Shown: positions 18,001 through 36,000 of the stretch, in pieces
Position numbering within the stretch: position 1 is the first letter of the stretch
How the letters are laid out: every line of letters begins with the position of its first letter
Origin: Eledone cirrhosa
Lineage: Eukaryota
Assembly: GCA_964016885.1 (NCBI GenBank)
Contig: OZ024742.1
Span: 261,516,001-261,580,000 of the forward strand
Reading direction: 5' to 3'
DNA length: 64,000 nucleotides
Notes under the pieces: model-generated
The model's input: only the letters and a program-made list of their open reading frames with translations
Databases searched by the model: none
What the model was told of the DNA's origin: nothing
Program-made: the position numbers and the translations under genes

Positions 18001-21000
18001 AACGGTAGTAACGACAGCAACAACTACAATAGTAACGACAGTAACGACAGCAACAACTACAATAGCAACGGCAGTAACGGCAGTAACGGCAGCAACAACT
18101 ACAATAGCAACGGCAGTAACGACAGCAACAACTACAATAGCAAGGGCAGTAACGACAGCAATAAATACAATAGCAACGGTAGTAACGACAGCAACAACTA
18201 CAATAGCAACGACAGTAACGACAGCAACATCTACAATAGCAACGGCAGTAACGACAGCAACAACTACAATAGCAACGACAGCAACAACTACAATAGCAAC
18301 GATAGTAACGACAGCAACAACAGTAACGACAGCAACAACTAAAATAGCAACGGTAGTAACGACAGCAACAACTACAATAGCAATGGCAGTAACGACAGCA
18401 ACAACTACAATAGCAACGGCAGTAACGACAGCAACAACTACAATAGCAACGGCAGTAACGACAGCAACAACTACAATAGCAACGGCAGCAACAACTACAA
18501 TAGCAACGATAGTAACGACAACAACAACAGTAACGACAGCAACAACTACAATAGCAACGGTAGTAACGACAGCAACAACTACAATAGCAACGACAGTATG
18601 GACAGCAACAACTACAATAGCAACGACAGTAACGACAGCAACAACTACAATAGCAACGACAGTAACGACAGCAACAACTACATTAGCAACGGCAGGAATG
18701 ACAGCAACAACTACAATAGCAACGACAGCAACAACTACAATAGCAACGATAGTAACGACAACAACAACAGTAACGACAGCAACAACTACAATAGCAACGG
18801 TAGTAACGACAGCAACAACTACAATAGCAATGGCAGTAACGACAGCAACAACTACAATAGCAACGGCAGTAACGACAGCAACAACTACAATAGCAACGGC
18901 AGTAAAGACAGCAACAACTACAATAGCAACGGCAGTAACGACAACAACAACTACAATAGCAACGACAGCAACAACTACAATAGCAACGACAGTAACGACA
19001 GCAACAACTACAATAGCAACGGCAGTAACGACAACAACAACTACAATAGCAACGGTAGTAACGACAGCAACAACTACAATAGCAATGGCAGTAACGACAG
19101 CAACAACTACAATAGCAACGGCAGTAACCAGAGCAACAAATACAATAGCAATGGCAGTAACGACAGCAACAATTACAATAGCAACGGTAGTAACGACACC
19201 AAAAACTACAATAGCAACGGCAGTAACGACAGCAACAACTACAATAGCAACGACAGCAACAACTACAATAGCAACGACAGTAACGACAGCAACAACTACA
19301 ATAGCAACGGCAGGAACGACAGCAACAACTACAATAGAAACGGCAGTAACGACAGCAACAACTACAATAGAAACGGCAGTAACGACAACAACAACTACAA
19401 TAGCAACGGCAGTAACGACAGCAACAACTACAATAGCAAGGGCAGTAACGACAGCAACAAATACAATAGCAACGGTAGTAACGACAGCAACAACTACAAT
19501 AGCAACGACAGTAACGACAGCAACATCTACAATAGCAACGGCAGTAACGACAGCAACAACTACAATAGCAACGACAGCAACAACTACAATAGCAACGATA
19601 GTAACGACAACAATAACAGTAACGACAGCAACAACTACAATAGCAACGGTAGTAACGACAGCAACAACTACAATAGCAATGGCAGTAACGACAGCAACAA
19701 CTACAATAGCAACGGCAGTAACGACAGCAACAACTACAATAGCAACGGCAGTAACGACAGCAACAACTACAATTGCAACGGCAGTAACGACAGCAACAAC
19801 TACAATAGCAACGGTAGTAACGACAGCAACAACTACAATAGCAATGGCAGTAACGACAGCAACAACTACAATAACAACGGTAGTAACGACAGCAACAACT
19901 ACAATAGCAACGGCAGTAACGACAGCAACAACTACAATAGCAACGGCAGTAACGACAGCAACAACTACAATAGCAACGGCAGTAACGAGAGCAACAACTA
20001 CAATAGCAATGGCAGTAACGACAGCAACAACTACAATAGCAACGGTAGTAACGACAGCAACAACTACAATAGTAACGGCAGTAACGACAGCAACAACTAC
20101 AATAACAACGATAGTAACGAAAGCAACAACAGTAACGACAGCAACAACTAAAATAGCAACGGTAGTAACGACAGCAACAACTACAATAGCAATGGCAGTA
20201 ACGACAGCAACAACTACAATAGCAACGGCAGTAACGACAGCAACAACTACAATAGCAACGGCAGTAACGACAGCAACAACTACAATAGCAACGGCAGTAA
20301 CGAGAGCAACAACTACAATAGCAATGGCAGTAACGACATCAACAACTACAATAGCAACGGTAGTAACGACACCAAAAACTACAATAGCAACGGCAGTAAT
20401 GACAGCAACAACTACAATAACAACGGCAGTAACGACAGCAACAACTACAATAGCAACGACAGCAACAACTACATTAGCAACGACAGTAACGACAGCAACA
20501 ACTACAATAACAACGACAGTGACGACAGCAACAACTACAATAGCGACGGCAGGAACGACAGTAACAACTACAATAGAAACGGCAGTAACGACAGCAACAA
20601 CTACAATAGCAACGACAGTGACGACAGCAACAACTACAATAGCAACGACAGTAAGGACAGCAACAACTACAATAGCAACGCCAGTAACGACAGCAACAAC
20701 TACAATATCAACGGCAGTAACGACAGCAACAACTACAATAGCAACGGCAGTAACGACAGCAACAACTACAATAGCAACGACAGTAACGACAGCAACAACT
20801 ACAATAGCAACGACAGTAACGACAGCAACAACTACAATAGCAACGGCAGGAACGACAGCAACAACTACAATAGCAACGGCAGTAACGACAGCAACAACTA
20901 CAATAGCAACGACAGTAACGACAGCACCAACTACAATAGCAACGACAGTAACTACAGCAACAACTACAATAGCAACGACAGTAACGACAGCAATATCTAC

Positions 21001-24000
21001 AATAGCAACGGCAGTAACGACAACAACAACTACAATAGCAACAACAGCAACAACTACAATAGCAACGGTAGTAACGACAGCAACAACTACAATAGCAACG
21101 ACAGTAACGACAGCAACAACTACAATAGCAACGGAGGTAACGACAGCAACAACTACAATAGCAACGACAGTAACGACAGCAACAACTACAATAGCAACGG
21201 CAGTAACGACAACAACAACTACAATAGCAACGGCAGTAACGACAGCTACAACTACAATAGCAACGGCAGTAACGACAGCAACAACTACAATAGCAACGGT
21301 AGTAACCACAGCAACAACTACAATAGCAACGGTAGTAACGACAACAACAACTACAATACCAACGACAGTAACGACAGCAACAACTACAATACCAAAGGCA
21401 GTAACGACAGCAACAACTACAATAGCAACGGTAGTAACGACAGCAACAACTACAATAGTAACGACAGTAACGACAGCAACAACTACAATAGCAACGGCAG
21501 TAACGGCAGTAACGGCAGCAACAACTACAATAGCAACGGCAGTAACGACAGCAACAACTACAATAGCAACGGCAGTAACGACAGCAATAAATACAATAGC
21601 AACGGTAGTAACGACAGCAACAACTACAATAGCAACGACAGTAACGACAGCAACATCTACAATAGCAACGGCAGTAACGACAGCAACAACTACAATAGCA
21701 ACGACAGCAACAACTACAATAGCAACGATAGTAACGACAGCAACAACAGTAACGACAGCAACAACTACAATAGCAACGGTAGTAACGACAGCAACAACTA
21801 CAATAGCAACGACAGTATGGACAGCAACAACTACAATAGCAACGGCAGTAACGACAGCAACAACTACAATAGCAACGGCAGTAACGACAGCAACAACTAC
21901 ATTAGCAACGGCAGGAATGACAGCAACAACTACAATAGCAACGACAGCAACAATTACAATAGCAACGATAGTAACGACAACAACAACAGTAACGACAGCA
22001 ACAACTACAATAGCAACGGTAGTAACGACAGCAACAACTACAATAGCAATGGCAGTAACGACAGCAACAACTACAATAGCAACGGCAGTAACGACAGCAA
22101 CAACTACAATAGCAACGGCAGTAAAGACAGCAACAACTACAATAGCAACGGCAGTAACGACAACAACAACTACAATAGCAACGACAGCAACAACTACAAT
22201 AGCAACGACAGTAACGACAGCAACAACTACAATAGCAACGGCAGTAACGACAACAACAACTACAATAGCAATGGTAGTAACGACAGCAACAACTACAATA
22301 GCAATGTCAGTAACGACAGCAACAACTACAATAGCAACGGCAGTAACCAGTGCAACAAATACAATAGCAATGGCAGTAACGACAGCAACAATTACAATAG
22401 CAACGGTAGTAACGACACCAAAAACTACAATAGCAACGGCAGTAACGACAGCAACAACTACAATAGCAACGGCAGTAACGACGGCAACAACTACAATAGC
22501 AACGACAGCAACAACTACAATAGCAACGACAGTAACAACTACAATAGCAACGGCAGGAACGACAGCAACAACTACAATAGAAACGGCAGTAACGACAGCA
22601 ACAACTACAATAGCAACGACAGTGACGACAGCAACAACTACAATAGCAACGACAGTAAGGACAGCAACAACTACAATAGCAACGGCAGTAACGGCAGCAA
22701 CAACTACAATAGCAACGACAGTAACGACAGCAATATCTACAATAGCAACGGCAGTAACGACAACAACAACTACAATAGCAACGACAGCAGCAACTACAAT
22801 AGCAACGACAGTAACGAAAGCAACAACTACAATAGCAACGGCAGTAACGACAGCAACAACTACAATAGCAACGGCAGTAACGACAGCAACAACTACAATA
22901 GCAACGACAGTGACGACAACAACAACTACAATAGCAACGACAGTAACGACAGCAACAACTACAATACCAACGGCAGTAACGACAACAACAACTACAATAT
23001 CAACGGCAGTAACGACAGCAACAACTACAATAGCAACGACAGTAACGACAGCAACAATTACAATAGCAACGACAGCAACAACTACAATAGCAACGACAGC
23101 AACAACTACAATAGCAACGAAAGTAACGACAGCAACAACTACAATAATAAAACGACAGTAACGACAGCAACAACTACAATAGCAACAACAGTAACGACAG
23201 CAACAACTACAATCGCAACGGCAGTAACGACAGCAACAACTACAATAGCAACGACAGCAACAACTACAATAGCAACGACAGTAACGACTGCAACAACTAC
23301 AATAGCAACGGCAGTAACGACAGCAACAACTACAATAGCAACGGCAGTAACGACAGCAACAACTACAATAGCAACGACAGAAACGACAGCAACAACTACA
23401 ATAGCAACGGCAGTAACGACATCAACAACTACAATAGCAACGGCAGTAACGACAGCAACAACTACAATAGCAACGGCAGTAACGACAGCAACAACTACAA
23501 TAGCAACGGAGGTAACGACAGCAACAACTACAATAGCAACGACAGTAACGACAGCAACAACTACAATAGCAACGGCAGTAACGACAACAACAACTACAAT
23601 AGCAACGGCAGTAACGACAGCTACAACTACAATAGCAACGGCAGTAACGACAGCAACAACTACAATAGCAACGGCAGTAACGACAGCAACAACTACAATA
23701 GCAACGGTAGTAACCACAGCAACAACTACAATATCAACGGTAGTAACGACAGCAACAACTACAATAGCAACGACAGTAACGACAGCAACAACTACAATAC
23801 CAAAGGCAGTAACGACAGCAACAACTACAATAGCAACGGTAGTAACGACAGCAACAACTACAATAGTAACGACAGTAACGACAGCAACAACTACAATAGC
23901 AACGGCAGTAACGGCAGTAACGGCAGCAACAACTACAATAGCAACGGCAGTAACGACAGCAACAACTACAATAACAAGGGCAGTAACGACAGCAACAAAT

Positions 24001-27000
24001 ACAATAGCAACGGTAGTAACGACAGCAACAACTACAATAGCAACGACGGTAACGACAGCAACATCTACAATAGCAACGGCAGTAACGACAACAACAACTA
24101 CAATAGCAACGACAGCAACAACTACAATAGCTACGATAGTAACGACAGCAACAACAGTAACGACAGCAACAACTAAAATAGCAACGGTAGTAACGACAAC
24201 AACAACTACAATAGCAATGGCAGTAACGACAGCAACAACTACAATAGCAACGGCAGTAACGACAGCAACAACTACAATAGCAACGGCAGTAACGACAGCA
24301 ACAACTACAATAGCAACGGCAGCAACAACTACAATAGCAACGATAGTAACGACAACAACAACAGTAACGACAGCAACAACTACAATAGCAACGGTAGTAA
24401 CGACAGCAACAACTACAATAGCAACGACAGTTTGGACAGCAACAACTACAATAGCAACGGCAGTAACGACAACAACAACTACAATAGCAACGACAGTAAC
24501 GACAGCAACAACTACAATAGCAACGGCAGGAACGACAGCAACAACTACAATAGCAACGACAGCAACAACTACAATAGCAACGATAGTAACGACAACAACA
24601 ACAGTAACGACAGCAACAACTACAATAGCAACGGTATTAACGACAGCAACAACTACAATAGCAATGGCAGTAACGACAGCAACAACTACAATAGCAACGG
24701 CAGTAACGACAGCAACAACTACAATAGCAACGGCAGTAAAGACAGCAACAACTACAATAGCAACGGCAGTAACGACAACAACAACTACAATAGCAACGAC
24801 AGCAACAACTACAATAGCAACGGCAGTAACGACAACAACAACTACAATAGCAACGGTAGTAACGACAGCAACAACTACAATAGCAACGGCAGTAACCAGA
24901 GCAACAAATACAATAGCAATGGCAGTAACGACAGCAACAATTACAATAGCAACGGTAGTAACGACACCAAAAACTACAATAGCAACGGCAGTAACGACAG
25001 CAACAACTACAATAGCAACGGCAGTAACGACAGCAACAACTACAATAGCAACGACAGTAACGACAGTAACGACAGCAACAACTACAATAGCAACGGCAGG
25101 AACGACAGCAACAACTACAATAGAAACGGCAGTAACGACAGCAACAACTACAATAGCAACGACAGTGACGACAGCAACAACTACAATAGCAACGACAGTA
25201 AGGACAGCAACAACTACAATAGCAACGGCAGTAACGACAGCAACAACTACAATAGCAACGACAGTAACGACAGCAATACCTACAATAGCAACGGCAGTAA
25301 CGACAACAACAACTACAATAGCAACGACAGCAGCAACTACAATAGCAACGACAGTAACGAAAGCAACAACTACAATAGCAACGGCAGTAACGACAGCAAC
25401 AACTACAATAGCAACGGCAGTAACAATAGCAACAACTACAATAACAACGGTAATAACGACAGCAACAACTACAATAGCAACGGTAGTAACGACAGCAACA
25501 ACTACAATAGCAACGACAGTAACGACAGCAACAACTACAATAGCAACGGCAGTAACGACAGCAACAACTACAATAGCAACGACAGTAACGACAGCAACAA
25601 CTACAATAGCAACGACAGCAACAACTACAATAGCAACGACAGTAACGACAGCAACAACTACAATAGCAACGGCAATAACGACAGCAACAACTACAATAGC
25701 AACGGCAGTAACGACAGCAACAACTACAATAGCAACGACAGTGACGACAACAACAACTACAATAGCAACGACAGTAACGACAGCAACAACTACAATAGCA
25801 ACGGCAGTAACGACAACAACTACAATATCAACGGCAGTAACGACAGCAACAACTACAATAGCAACGACAGTAACGACAGCAACAACTACAATAGCAACGA
25901 CAGCAACAACTACAATAGCAACGACAGCAACAACTACAATAGCATAGCAACGAAAGTAACGACAGCAACAACTACAATAATAAAACGACAGTAACGACAG
26001 CAACAACTACAATAGCAACAACAGTAACGACAGCAACAACTACAATCGCAACGGCAGTAACGACAGCAACAACTACAATAGCAACGACAGCAACAACTAC
26101 AATAGCAACGACAGTAACGACAGCAACAACTACAATAGCAACGGCAGTAACGACAGCAACAACTACAATATCAACGGCAGTAACGACAGCAACAACTACA
26201 ATAGCAACGACAGAAACGACAGCAACAACTACAATAGCAACGGCAGTAACGACATCAACAACTACAATATCAACGGCAGTAACGACAGCAACAACTACAA
26301 TAGCAACGGCAGTAACGACAGCAACAACTACAATAGCAACGACAGTAACGACAGCAACAACTACAATAGCAACGACAGCAACAACTACATTAGCATCGGC
26401 AGTAACGACAGCAACAACTACAATAGCAACGGCAGTAACGACAGCAACAACTACAATAGCAACGGGAGTAACGACATCAACAACTACAATAACAACGGTA
26501 GTAACGACAGCAAAAACTACAATAGCAACTGCAGTAACGACAGCAACAACTACAATAGCAACGGCAGTAACGACAGCAACAACTACAATAACAACGGCGG
26601 TAACGACAGCAACAACTACAATAGCAACGACAGCAACAACTACAATAGCAACGGGAGTAACGACATCAACAACTACAATAACAACGGTAGTAACGACAGC
26701 AAAAACTACAATAGCAACTGCAGTAACGACAGCAACAACTACAATAGCAACGGCAGTAACGACAGCAACAACTACAATAGAAACGGCAGTAACGACAGCA
26801 ACAACTACAATAGCAACGACAGTGACGACAGCAACAACTACAATAGCAACGACAGTAAGGACAGCAACGACTACAATAGCAACGGCAGTAACGACAGCAA
26901 CAACTACAATGGCAACGACAGTAACGACAGCAAAAACTACAATAGCAACGGCAGTAACGACAGCAACAACTACAATAGCAACGGCAGTAAAGACAGCAAC

Positions 27001-30000
27001 AACTACAATAGCAACGGCAGTAACGACAGCAACAATTACAATAGCAACGACAGCAACAACTACAATAGCAACGACAGTAACGACAGCAACAACTACAATA
27101 GCAACGGCAGTAACGACAGCAATAACTACAATAGCAACGGCAGTAACGACAGCAACAACTACAATAGCAACGACAGCAACAACTACAATAGCAACGACAG
27201 TAACGACAGCAACAACTACTATAACAACGGCAGTAACGACAGCAACAACTACAATAGAAACGGCAGTAACGACAGCAACAACTACAATAGCAACGACAGT
27301 GACGACAGCAACAACTACAATAGCAACGACAGTATGGACAGCAACAACTACAATAGCAACGGCAGTAACGACAGCAACAACTACAATAGCAACGACAGTA
27401 ACGACAGCAACAACTACAATAGCAACGGCAGGAACGACAGCAACAACTACAATAGCAACGATAGTATCGACAACAACAACAGTAACGACAGCAACAACTA
27501 CAATAGCAACGGTAGTAACGACAGCAACAACTACAATAGCAACGACAGTAACGACAGCAACAACTACAATAGCAACGGGAGTAACGACATCAACAACTAC
27601 AATAACAACGGTAGTAACGACAGCAAAAACTACAATAGCAACGGCAGTAACGACAGCAACAACTACAATAGCAACGGCAGTAACGACAGCAACAACTACA
27701 ATAGCAACGGCAGTAACGACAGCAACAACTACAATAGCAACGACAGCAACAACTACAATAGCAACGACAGTAACGACAGCAACAACTGCAATAGCAACGG
27801 CAGTAACGACAGCAACAACTACAATAGAAACGGCAGTAACGACAGCAACAACTACAATAGCAACGACAGTGACGACAGCAACAACTACAATAGCAACGAC
27901 AGTAAGGACAGCAACGACTACAATAGCAACGGCAGTAACGACAGCAACAACTACAATGGCAACGACAGTAACGACAGCAAAAACTACAATAGCAACGGCA
28001 GTAACGACAGCAACAACTACAATAGCAACGGCAGTAACGACAGCAACAATTACAATAGCAACGACAGCAACAACTACAATAGCAACGACAGTAACGACAG
28101 CAACAACTACAATAGCAACGGCAGTAACGACAGCAATAACTACAATAGCAACGGCAGTAACGACAGCAACAACTACAATACCAACGACAGCAACAACTAC
28201 AATAGCAACGACAGTAACGACAGCAACAACTACTATAACAACGGCAGTAACGACAGCAACAACTACAATAGAAACGGCAGTAACGACAGCAACAACTACA
28301 ATAGCAACGGTAGTAACGACAGCAACAACTACAATAGCAACGACAGTAACGACAGCAACAACTACAATAGCAACGGCAGGAACGACAGCAACAACTACAA
28401 TAGCAACGACAGCAACAACTACAATAGCAACGATAGTAACGACAACAACAACAGTAACGACAGCAACAACTACAATAGCAACGGTAGTAACGACAGCAAC
28501 AACTACAATAGCAATGGCAGTAACGACAGCAACAACTACAATAGCAACGGCAGTAACGACAGCAACAACTACAATAGCAACGCCAGTAACGACAGCAACA
28601 ACTACAATAGCAACGGCAGTAACGACAACAACAACTACAATAGCAACGACAGCAACAACTACAATAGCAACGACAGTAACGACAGCAACAACTACAATAG
28701 CAACGGCAGTAACGACAACAACAACTACAATGACAACGGCAGTAACGACAGCAACAACTACAATAGCAACGGTAGTAACGACAGCAACAACTACAATAGC
28801 AATGGCAGTAACGACAGCAACAACTACAATAGCAACGGCAGTAACCAGAGCAACAAATACAATAGCAATGGCAGTAACGACAGCAACAATTACAATAGCA
28901 ACGGTAGTAACGACACCAAAAACTACAATAGCAACGGCAGTAACGACAGCAACAACTACAATAGCAACGGCAGTAACGACAGCAACACTACAATATCAAC
29001 GACAGCAACAACTACAATAGCAACGACAGTAACGACAGTAACGACAGTAACGACAGTAACGACAGTAACGACAGCAACAACTACAATAGCAACGGCAGGA
29101 ACGACAGCAACAACTACAATAGAAACGGCAGTAACGACAGCAACAACTACAATAGCAACGACAGTGACGACAGCAACAACTACAATAACAACGACAGTAA
29201 AGACAGCAGCAACTACAATAGCAACGGCAGTAACGACAGCAACAACTACAATAGCAACGACAGTAACGACAGCAATATCTACAATAGCAACGGCAGTAAC
29301 GACAACAACAACTACAATAGCAACGACAGCAGCAACTACAATAGCAACGACAGTAAGGAAAGCAACAACTACAATAGCAACGGCAGTTACGACAGCAACA
29401 ACTACAATAGCAACGGCAGTAACGATAGCAACAACTACAATAGCAACGACAGTAACGACAGCAACAACTACAATAGCAACGACAGCAACAACTATAATAG
29501 CAACGACAGTAACGACAGCAACAACTACAATAGCAACGGCAATAACGACAGCAACAACTACAATAGCAACGGCAGTAACGACAGCAACAACTACAATAGC
29601 AACGACAGTGACGACAGCAACAACTACAATAGCAACGACAGTAACGACAGCAAAAACTACAATAGCAACGGCAGTAACGACAACAACAACTACAATATCA
29701 ACGGCAGTAACGACAGCAACAACTACAATAGCAACGACAGTAACGACAGCAACAACTACAATAGCAAGGAAAGTAACGACAGCAACAACTACAATAATAA
29801 AACGACAGTAACGACAGCAACAACTACAATAGCAACGACAGCAACAACTACAATAGCAACGACAGTAACGACAGCAACAACTACAATAGCAACGGCAGTA
29901 ACGACAGCAACAACTACAATAGCAACGGCAGTAACGACAGCAACAACTACAATAGCAACGACAGTAACGACAGCAACAACTACAATAACAACGGCAGTAA

Positions 30001-33000
30001 CGACAACAACAACTACAATATCAACGGCAGTAACGACAGCAACAACTACAATAGCAACGACAGTAACGACAGCAACAACTACAATAGCAACGACAGCAAC
30101 AACTACAATAGCAACGACAGCAACAACTACAATAGCAACGACAGTAACGACAGCAACAACTACAATCGCCACGGCAGTAACGACAGCAACAACTACAATA
30201 GCAACGACAGCAACAACTACAATAGCAACGACAGTAACGACAGCAACAACTACAATAGCAACGGCAGTAACGACAGCAACAACTACAATAGCAACGGCAG
30301 TAACGACAGCAACAACTACAATAACAACGACAGAAACGACAGCAACAACTACAATAGCAACGGCAGTAACGACATCAACAACTACAATAGCAACGGCAGT
30401 AACGACAGCAACAACTACAATAGCAACGGCAGTAACGACAGCAACAACTACAATAGGAACGACAGTAACGACAGCAACAACTACAATAGCAACGACAGCA
30501 ACAACTACAATGGCAACGGCAGTAACGACAGCAACAACTACAATAGCAACGGCAGTAACGACAGCAACAACTACAATAGCAACGGGAGTAATGACATCAA
30601 CAACTACAATAACAACGGTAGTAACGACAGCAAAAACTACAATAGCAACGGCAGTAACGACAGCAACAACTACAATAGCAACGGCAGTAACGACAGCAAC
30701 AACTACAATAGCAACGGGAGTAACGACAGCAACAACTACAATAGCAACGACAGCAACAACTACAATAGCAACGACAGTAACGACAGCAACAACTACAATA
30801 GCAACGGCAGTAACGACAGCAACAACTACAATAGTAACGGCAGTAACGACAGCAACAACTACAATAGCAACGACAGTGACGACAGCAACAACTACAATAA
30901 CAACGACAGTAAGGACAGCAACGACTACAATAGCAACGGCAGTAACGACAGCAACAACTACAATAGCAACGACAGTAACGACAGCAAAAACTACAATAGC
31001 AACGGCAGTAACGACAGCAACAACTACAATAGCAACGGCAGTAACGACAGCAACAACTACAATAGCAACGGCAGTAACGACAGCAACAACTACAATAACA
31101 ACGGAAGTAACGACAGCAATAACTACAATAGCAACGGCAGTAAAGACAGCAACAACTACAATAGCAACGACAGCAACAACTACAATAGCAACGACAGTAA
31201 CGACAGCAACAACTACAATAGCAACGGCAGTAACGACAGCAACAACTACAATGGCAACGGTACTAACGACAGCAACAACTACAATAGCAACGGTAGTAAC
31301 GACAGCAACAACAGTAACGTCAGCAACAACTACAATAGCAACGGTAGTAACGCCAGCAACAACTACAATAGCAATGGCAGTAACGACAACAACAACTACA
31401 ATAGCAATGGCAGTAACGACAGCAACAACTACAATAGCAACGGTAGTAACGACAGCAAAAACTACAATAGCAACGGCAGTAACGACAGCAACAACTACAA
31501 TAGCAACGGCAGTAACGACATCAACAACTAAAATAACAACGGCAGTAACGACAACAACAACTACAATAGCAACGACAGCAACAAGTACAATAGCAACCAC
31601 AGTAACGACAGCAACAACTACAATAGCAACGGCAGTAACGACAGCAACATTTACAATAGCAACGACAGTGACGAAAGCAACAACTACAATAGCACCGACA
31701 GTAAGGACAGCAACAACTACAATAGCAACGGCAGTAACGACAGTAACAACTACAATAGCAACGACAGTAACGACACCAACAACTACAATAGCAATGGCAG
31801 GAACGACAGCAACAACTACAATAACAACGACAGCAACAACTACAATAGCAACGAAAGTAACGACAGCAACAACTACAATAATAAAACGACAGTAACGACT
31901 GCAACAACTACAATAGCAACGACAGTAACGACAGCAACAACTACAATCGCAACGGCAGTAACGACAGCAACAACTACAATAGCAACGACAGCAACAACTG
32001 CAATAGCAACGACAGTAACGACAGCAACAACTACAATAGCAACGGCAGTAACGACAGCAACAACTACAATAGCAACGGCAGTAACGACAGCAACAACTAC
32101 AATAGCAACGACAGTAACGACAGCAACAACTACAATAGCAACGGCAGTAACGACATCAACAACTACAATAGCAACGGCAGTAACGACAGCAACAACTACA
32201 ATAGCAACGGCAGTAACGACAGCAACAACTACAATAGCAACGACAGTAACGACAGCAACAACTACAATAGCAACGACAGCAACAACTACAATAGCAACGG
32301 CAGTAACGACAGCAACAACTACAATAACAACGGCAGTAACGACAGCAACAACTACAATAACAACGGCAGTAACGACATCAACAACTACAATAACAACGGT
32401 AGTAACGACAGCAAAAACTACAATAGCAACGGCAGTAACGACAGCAACAACTACAATAGCAACGGCAGTAACGACAGCAACAACTACAATAGCAACGGCA
32501 GTAACGACAGCAACAACTACAATAGCAACGACAGCAACAACTACAATAGGAACGACAGTAACGACAGCAACAACTACAATAGCAACGGCAGTAACGACAG
32601 CAACAACTACAATAGAAACGGCAGTAACGACAGCAACAACTACAATAGCAACGACAGTGACGACAGCAACAACTACAATAGCAACGACAGTAAGGACAGC
32701 AACAACTACAATAGCAACAGCAGTAACGACAGCAACAACTGCAATAGCAACGACAGTAACGACAGCAAAAACTACAATAGCAACGGCAGTAACGACAGCA
32801 ACAACTACAATAGCAACGGCAGTAACGACAGCAACAACTACAATAGCAATGGCAGTAACGACAACAACAACTACAATAGCAACGACAGTAACGACAGCAA
32901 CAACTACAATAGCAACGGCAGTAACGACAGCAATAACTACAATAGCAACGGCAGTAACGACAGCAACAACTACAATAGCAACGACAGCAACAACTACAAT

Positions 33001-36000
33001 AGCAACGACAGTAACGACAGCAACAACTACAATAGCAACGGCAGTAACGACAGCAACAACTACAATAGCAACGACAGTAACGACAGCTACAACTACAATA
33101 GCAACGGCAGTAATGACAGCAACAACTACAATAGCAACGGCAGTAACGACAGCAACAACTACAATAGCAACGGCAGTAACGACATCAACAACTACAATAG
33201 CAACGGCAGTAACGACAGCAACAACTACAATAGCAACGGCAGTAACGACAGCAACAACTACAATATCAACGGCAGTAACGACAGCAACAACGACAGCAAC
33301 GGCAGTAACGACAGCAACAACTACAATAGCAACGGCAGTAACGACAGCAACAACTACAATAGCAACGACAGTAACGACAGCAACAACTACAATAGCAACG
33401 ACAGCAACAACTACAATAGCAACGATAGTAACGACAGCAACAACAGTAACGACAGCAACAACTACAATAGCAACGGTAGTAACGACAGCAACAACAGTAA
33501 CGACAGCAACAACTACAATAGCAACGGTAGTAACGACAACAACAACTACAATAGCAATGGCAGTAACGACAGCAACAACTACAATAGCAACGACAGTAAG
33601 GACAGCAACAACTACAATAGCAACGGCAGTAACGACAGCAACAACTACAATACCAACGACAGTAACGACAGCAACAACTACAATAGCAACGGCAGGAACG
33701 ACAGCAACAACTACAATAGCAACGGTAGTAACGACAGCAACAACTACAATAGCAACGACAGTAACGACAGCAACAACTACGATAGCAACGACAGTAACGA
33801 CAGCAACAACTACAATATCAACGACAGTAACGACAGCAACAACTACAATAGCAACGACAGTAACGACAGCAATATCTACAATAGCAACGGCAGTAACGAC
33901 AACAACAACTACAATAGCAACGACAGCAGCAACTACAATAGCAACGACAGTAACGAAAGCAACAACTACAATAGCAACGGCAGTAACGACAGCAACAACT
34001 ACAATAACAACGGCAGTAACGATAGCAACAACTACAATAGCAACGGTAGTAACGACAGCAACAACTACAATAGCAACAGTAGTAACGACAGCAACAACTA
34101 CAATAGCAACGACAGTAACGACAGCAACAACTACAATAGCAACGGCAGTAACGACAGCAACAACTACAATAGCAACGACAGTAACGACAGCAACAACTAC
34201 AATAGCAACGACAGCAACAACTACAATAGCAACGACAGTAACGACAGCAACAACTACAATAGCAACGGCAGAACGACAGCAACAACTACAATAGCAACGG
34301 CAGTAACGACAGCAACAACTACAATAGCAACGACAGTGACGACAGCAACAACTACAATAGCAACGACAGTAACGACAGCAACAACTACAATAGCAACGGC
34401 AGTAACGACAACAACAACTACAATAGCAACGACAGTAACGACAGCAACAACTACAATAGCAACGGCAGTAACGACAGCAACAACTACAATAGAAACGGCA
34501 GTAACGACAGCAACAACTACAATAGCAACGACAGTGACGACAGCAACAACTACAATAGCAACGACAGTAAGGACAGCAACAACTACAATAGCAACGGCAG
34601 TAACGACAGCAACAACTACAATAGCAACGACAGTAACCACAGCAAAAACTACAATAGCAACGGCAGTAACGACAGCAACAACTACAATAGCAACGGCAGT
34701 AACGACAGCAACAACTAAAATACCACGGCAGTAACGACAGCAACAACTACAATAGCAACGACAGCAACAACTACAATAGCAACGACAGTAACGACAGCAA
34801 CAACTACAATAGCAACGGCAGTAACGACAGCAATAACTACAATAGCAACGGCAGTAACGACAGCAACAACTACAATAGCAACGACAGCAACAACTACAAT
34901 AGCAACGACAGTAACGACAGCAACAACTACAATAGCAACGGCAGTAACGACAGCAACAACTACAATAGCAACGGTAGTAACGACAGAAACAACTACAATA
35001 GCAACGGCAGTTACGACAGCAACAACTACAATAGCAACGGCAGTAACGATAGCAACAACTACAATAGCAACGACAGTAACGACAGCAACAACTACAATAG
35101 CAACGACAGCAACAACTATAATAGCAACGACAGTAACGACAGCAACAACTACAATAGCAACGGCAATAACGACAGCAACAACAACTACAATAGCAACGGC
35201 AGTAACGACAGCAACAACTACAATAGCAACGACAGTGACGACAGCAACAACTACAATAGCAACGACAGTAACGACAGCAAAAACTACAATAGCAACGGCA
35301 GTAACGACAACAACAACTACAATATCAACGGCAGTAACGACAGCAACAACTACAATAGCAACGACAGTAACGACAGCAACAACTACAATAGCAAGGAAAG
35401 TAACGACAGCAACAACTACAATAATAAAACGACAGTAACGACAGCAACAACTACAATAGCAACGACAGCAACAACTACAATAGCAACGACAGTAACGACA
35501 GCAACAACTACAATAGCAACGGCAGTAACGACAGCAACAACTACAATAGCAACGGCAGTAACGACAGCAACAACTACAATAGCAACGACAGTAACGACAG
35601 CAACAACTACAATAACAACGGCAGTAACGATAACAACAACTACAATATCAACGGCAGTAACGACAGCAACAACTACAATAGCAACGACAGTAACGACAGC
35701 AACAACTACAATAGCAACGACAGCAACAACTACAATAGCAACGACAGCAACAACTACAATAGCAACGACAGTAACGACAGCAACAACTACAATCGCCACG
35801 GCAGTAACGACAGCAACAACTACAATAGCAACGACAGCAACAACTACAATAGCAACGACAGTAACGACAGCAACAACTACAATAGCAACGGCAGTAACGA
35901 CAGCAACAACTACAATAGCAACGGCAGTAACGACAGCAACAACTACAATAACAACGACAGAAACGACAGCAACAACTACAATAGCAACGGCAGTAACGAC

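Noticed and set aside
3694-29811. Asn/Ser-rich 'MDSNNYNSNG' ORFs resembling prion-like or biomineralisation proteins
   Set aside because: Starts come from a rare monomer variant (TATGG), the frame has recurrent TAA stops, and the apparent synonymous bias follows from all C bases being at triplet position 3.
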